Source: Saprolegnia diclina VS20 (lineage: Eukaryota). Taken from it: DNA of 64,000 bases. A program made the translations under genes and the position numbers. The notes under the pieces were generated by a model. The model was not told the DNA's origin. It saw nothing but the letters and a program-made list of their open reading frames with translations, and did not search any database. The stretch is taken from assembly GCF_000281045.1 (NCBI RefSeq), contig NW_008246077.1:719264-783263 (forward strand), in the 5' to 3' direction. This document shows positions 60,371-64,000 of the stretch, piece by piece (positions within the stretch are counted from its first letter, which is position 1; the number at the start of each line of letters is the position of its first letter).

Positions 60371-61498
60371 TTACGTGAGGCGGATGCAGACTGGCGCCAT
60401 CGGTAGCGTCTGCATGACCTTGCGCAGACGCAGGTCGCCGACGAAATGCTTTGCGAGCGGAAGCAACGTCGTTGCAGCGACGTCCTCCCAGGTGCGCGTG
60501 GGCAGCACGAGCTTTGTAAACGTCCCGGATGCATGGCGCCGGCGAATGTTGTCGACCATCTCTACACACAAAGCGGCTTGTTTCTTGTTATGGTCGATAT
60601 AGCTCAACGTACCGCTCGATGTCTTGCCGGCACCGCATTCCGTGGATTCGCGCTGTCCGTTGAACGTGTACACGCTGTGCACGTACATGCCGACGTCGCT
60701 AGGCAATTGGCCCTGCACGGGCGTCGCGATTGCGAGGTGCCCAGGAGGATGCGCTGCGTGCAACACGGCAAAGCCAACGTTCGCCTTCATGGCTGCGTTC
60801 AATACGGGCGGCAACTCGGCAAGTAGGTAGTACCCCGGCCTACTCGGATCACTTCAATGTGATAAGCTGAAGTTGCACGGTACACTGCAGTCGAGAAGGC
60901 ACTCTTGGCCAAGGCTGCATCCACTTGCATGCACTCGAGCTCGTCTGGCAGCTCGGCTTCACTCACGATGCGCAGACTGGCCTCCCATCGGGCGCAGTAG
61001 GCCTCGATAGCCACGTCGTCGTTGGGTGGCGCCGGTGTCGGATGGGTAAGAAGTTTTCGGCGCTTGCGCTCTTGCACAGCGTCTTCGTCTTCATCGCTCT
61101 CTGTGTCGCTCTCAAACGACGTCATGGGGCGGACCTTGACGAGTGCTACGATGCATGAGCCCATTGCTGTGAGAGCTAGGCGACGTACTGGGAAAGCAGT
61201 CTTGGACGTGCGACACCAACCGCAGCACAGGTACCCCGGACGCCACAAGCGACGGCATTTTGGAGCCGGGCAGTCGCAGCATAAGCAGCGTGTCAGCGTC
61301 CGGGCTGTGGTTGGGGAAGGCGTAGCATGAGAGCTGCGCGTTTCCTTCGTTGTCCGGGACGAGGCCGGATAGGCTCGCACCGTTGGTCAAGCTAATGTAG
61401 AGATGCTTATGTATGGACGACAGTCAGCATCGAGGGCCGTCGCACCAGGTATCGGTCCATGCCGCCTCGCCGTCGTATCGGCGCAACGCCAGCATCAT
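60371..61498 (-). CDS. Hypothetical protein (C-terminus weakly GNAT-like)
   Basis: Exons can be joined across short introns; acidic stretch plus ERKRRK; no firm family motif. Confidence 0.45.
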
Positions 61499-61738
61499 CG
61501 TCGAGTCCGCCATCGCACGCTTGACGTGATTGGGGGATTTATAGGAAAGTCCGCGAATCAGCGCGTGCGTGTATGGTTCGAAGCCGCCATTTCAACCAAT
61601 CCATTCGGTCGCGGGAGGCCCTTGGAGTCCCTTGGAGTTGAAGCAACCGCAACGCGACACAATCCTCATTAAGATGCTCTTCGTTGGCAAGACAAACTAG
61701 ATCTTGGTTCGCGATCAACGACCTATTGCTAGTCGCAT

Positions 61739-63226
61739 CTACCGGCGCTCCTTGAAGTTTTTGAGTTCCGAGAGGCGGACGTAGCGGTGATAAATGATGG
61801 GGTTGAGCTGGCTCAGACGGTCGGGGTTCTGTGCAAAGCACACAAAGAGCGTCTTGACCGCAGTATTGAGCATCGCGGTTGCAGTCGAGCTCACCGAGTA
61901 GCCAACGACGAAGCTGAGCACGGTGCCGTACACTTGCAAGTGGGAGCCAAAGAGGACGAGACTGGCGAGCGTGCCCATGCAGCCGGCGCCACTGTTGGCA
62001 GCAAACAAGAGGAGACGGCTCGTCAAGTCGTCGTCGACCATGGCCTCGATACCGCATTCCTCAAAGAGGCTCCAGACCTCCGCAGCGGCCACGTAAAACG
62101 ACTGCGAGTACGCCGCGACGTAGCTCAGCGTGTACTTGTGGTAGAGCTGCGTGAACGCATCGATGCGCGGTGCCAGCGGCAGCACGACGCCGCGAAGCCA
62201 GCGGTACGAGCCGTCGCGCTTCGCCATGCGCAACACGGTCCAAAAAAAGTGAGCGATGGGACTGCAAAGCGCGCCAAGGCAGACCGAGCCAAAGACCGAC
62301 GTCATGGCCACGCGCGTGTAGTGCAAGACAATTGTGTTGGCAGATGGCGCGTTGTTCGTCTTGGGCTCCATCTCGATCGATGCCGTTCGAAGCGACGACC
62401 GAGGCGACGTGAGCACCATGGGCACGGTGGGCGACTCGGGCTGGTCGTCACCCCAGTGGTGGTACCAGTACATGACCGTGCCGGACACCACGACAGAGAT
62501 GAGCGTCTTAAAGAAGTGCGACGTCCAGTAAAAGTGGAACAGTAGCCAAAGGAGGCCGATGGACCAGCCGTCGTCCTCGCCGACGTTCGAGAGAAGCTGG
62601 CAGCACCAATACGACCACATGCTTGAAACGAGGAGGATCACGCCCGAGACAGCGATCACGGCTGGTGACGCTTGCAGCATTTCGGCCACGAGCTCAAAGA
62701 CGACGGCGACAAAGTCGAAGCCGAGCTTGTTCTTGCGCGTCCAAATAAAGTCCGAGAACGCGAGCGCAAGCACGCCAAGGCTCACAAAGAAGCCGGTCCA
62801 CGTCGGGCTCACAAGGAGGACCAGCGCCATGGGCGCCATGCCGGCGAACGAAAGCGTCGTGGAGACGCGGATGTAGAGGTCTTTCGGCGCGGCAAAGAAG
62901 AACGCCACCCAGATGAGGCCGTAGATCGTGCCGACGATGACCATGGCGCCAATGTACGGGACACCGTCGGGCCGCGGTTGCGAGTACGTAGGGCTCGCGA
63001 CGACCAGAATCATCGTGATGAGGCACTGCATGCCAAAGAGCGCGCCGTACATGACGTCCTTGTTCATTGGGCGCAGCGTCAGCACCGGCGGCGGCTTTAC
63101 CGTCCTCTTCACTGAGCTCGAGTCCAATGGTATGAGCGACTGCAGGTCCCTTGTCGGCGACAGCGTGAGGTCTTCCATCTCGGCTTCGGTCGGGACCGAC
63201 ACGTCGTGCTCGACCTCGGGCAGCAT
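61739..63226 (-). CDS. Choline transporter-like (CTL/SLC44/PNS1) protein (intronless)
   Basis: FYWT, VSGTV.YWY, TSVFGSVCLGAL, KYT..YVA.Y.QSF..AA, AVKTLFVCFA.NP; about 10 TM segments. Confidence 0.9.
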   Translation of the reverse strand: MLPEVEHDVSVPTEAEMEDLTLSPTRDLQSLIPLDSSSVKRTVKPPPVLTLRPMNKDVMYGALFGMQCLITMILVVASPTYSQPRPDGVPYIGAMVIVGTIYGLIWVAFFFAAPKDLYIRVSTTLSFAGMAPMALVLLVSPTWTGFFVSLGVLALAFSDFIWTRKNKLGFDFVAVVFELVAEMLQASPAVIAVSGVILLVSSMWSYWCCQLLSNVGEDDGWSIGLLWLLFHFYWTSHFFKTLISVVVSGTVMYWYHHWGDDQPESPTVPMVLTSPRSSLRTASIEMEPKTNNAPSANTIVLHYTRVAMTSVFGSVCLGALCSPIAHFFWTVLRMAKRDGSYRWLRGVVLPLAPRIDAFTQLYHKYTLSYVAAYSQSFYVAAAEVWSLFEECGIEAMVDDDLTSRLLLFAANSGAGCMGTLASLVLFGSHLQVYGTVLSFVVGYSVSSTATAMLNTAVKTLFVCFAQNPDRLSQLNPIIYHRYVRLSELKNFKERR

Positions 63227-64000
63227 CTCGTCGGGCTACGAGCGTTGTTTGGATTGGCTAAAATTCTATATCCGGATACTGTCAATATGCCGGATAGACA
63301 AGCGACAGCGCAGAGATGCTCGCGATACCGCGCGCGCCTGCGTCCATGCGCGGCGCGTCCTGGTTGCCAACGAGACCATCACTGACAACGCACGCAAGAC
63401 TGTAGGTCCTTTTTATGCGATTGGAAGCGACTGGCGCAGAGTCGCCGCGCGGACGTCCGGGACGATGGCCCGTCTACAAGTTCTCGATTGCAACAGAGTC
63501 TCGCGAATGTGACCGAAGCCGCGTCAAAGGATTAGGCGCTATGGCCTACGAGCTTGGCCTACGTGCGTCATCACTTGGTGATAAGCGGCAGTTTCTCGCA
63601 GCGTTTCGCTGTTCCTGGTGGCTCTAATAACCGCCGGCAGGAGAGGACAACCGACTTCATGCAACGACGCTGCCACGTCGCTCCTGCCTACGTCCCGCGT
63701 GCGAGCATGTGAAACAGCAATCCGTGGTATAGGTTCCTATATATTGAGCAGCAAGAACTGGTTGCGGCGTCAGCGTTTGCAGTCGGGGCGATGATGGGCC
63801 GGCCGCCATCAACGGATCTTTCCTGGCGACTGGCCTCGATAATTTAATTATCAAGTCGAATAAAAATCGTGGTCCATGACGCCAGCGTTCTATGACCATC
63901 GTCTGTCAATTAAATGAAGGCATAGGATAAAAATATCGACGATCCGAATGACGGTCGCCCATCATTCTCGGCTGGGCCGCGAGAACCAGGTAACGACCAA

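Overview
This is gene-dense eukaryotic DNA: GC-rich coding regions, many short GT-AG introns (about 40-55 nt where traced), short intergenic spacers and oomycete-type Inr/FPR core promoters. It is most consistent with an oomycete, probably Saprolegniales (inference, not a database match). About 33 protein-coding genes are recognisable, mostly housekeeping: VPS53, RanBP1, SLC35F, mannose-6-phosphate isomerase, CBP80, MPP6, HSF and Myb transcription factors, ELP3, PP2A-B55, ALG8, peroxiredoxin, QCR7 and a CTL transporter. A 100-N scaffold gap lies at 15836-15935. I found no rRNA, tRNA, CRISPR array or clear mobile element. The most notable observations are four unusual domain architectures, each joined in frame by introns traced by hand: (1) a Piezo channel with a fibronectin-III plus PH module directly after the beam; (2) a CX5R phosphatase fused to an apparently inactive asparaginase-fold domain; (3) an F-box-like/PH/VPS9 protein; (4) a PDZ domain fused to PP2A-scaffold-like HEAT repeats. 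Non-coding highlights are a recurrent promoter motif, (TA)TCCGGATA, and a heptamer array built around a perfect Inr-FPR element. Coordinates of multi-exon genes are gene spans from inferred start to stop. All family calls come from motif recognition by eye, not from searches.
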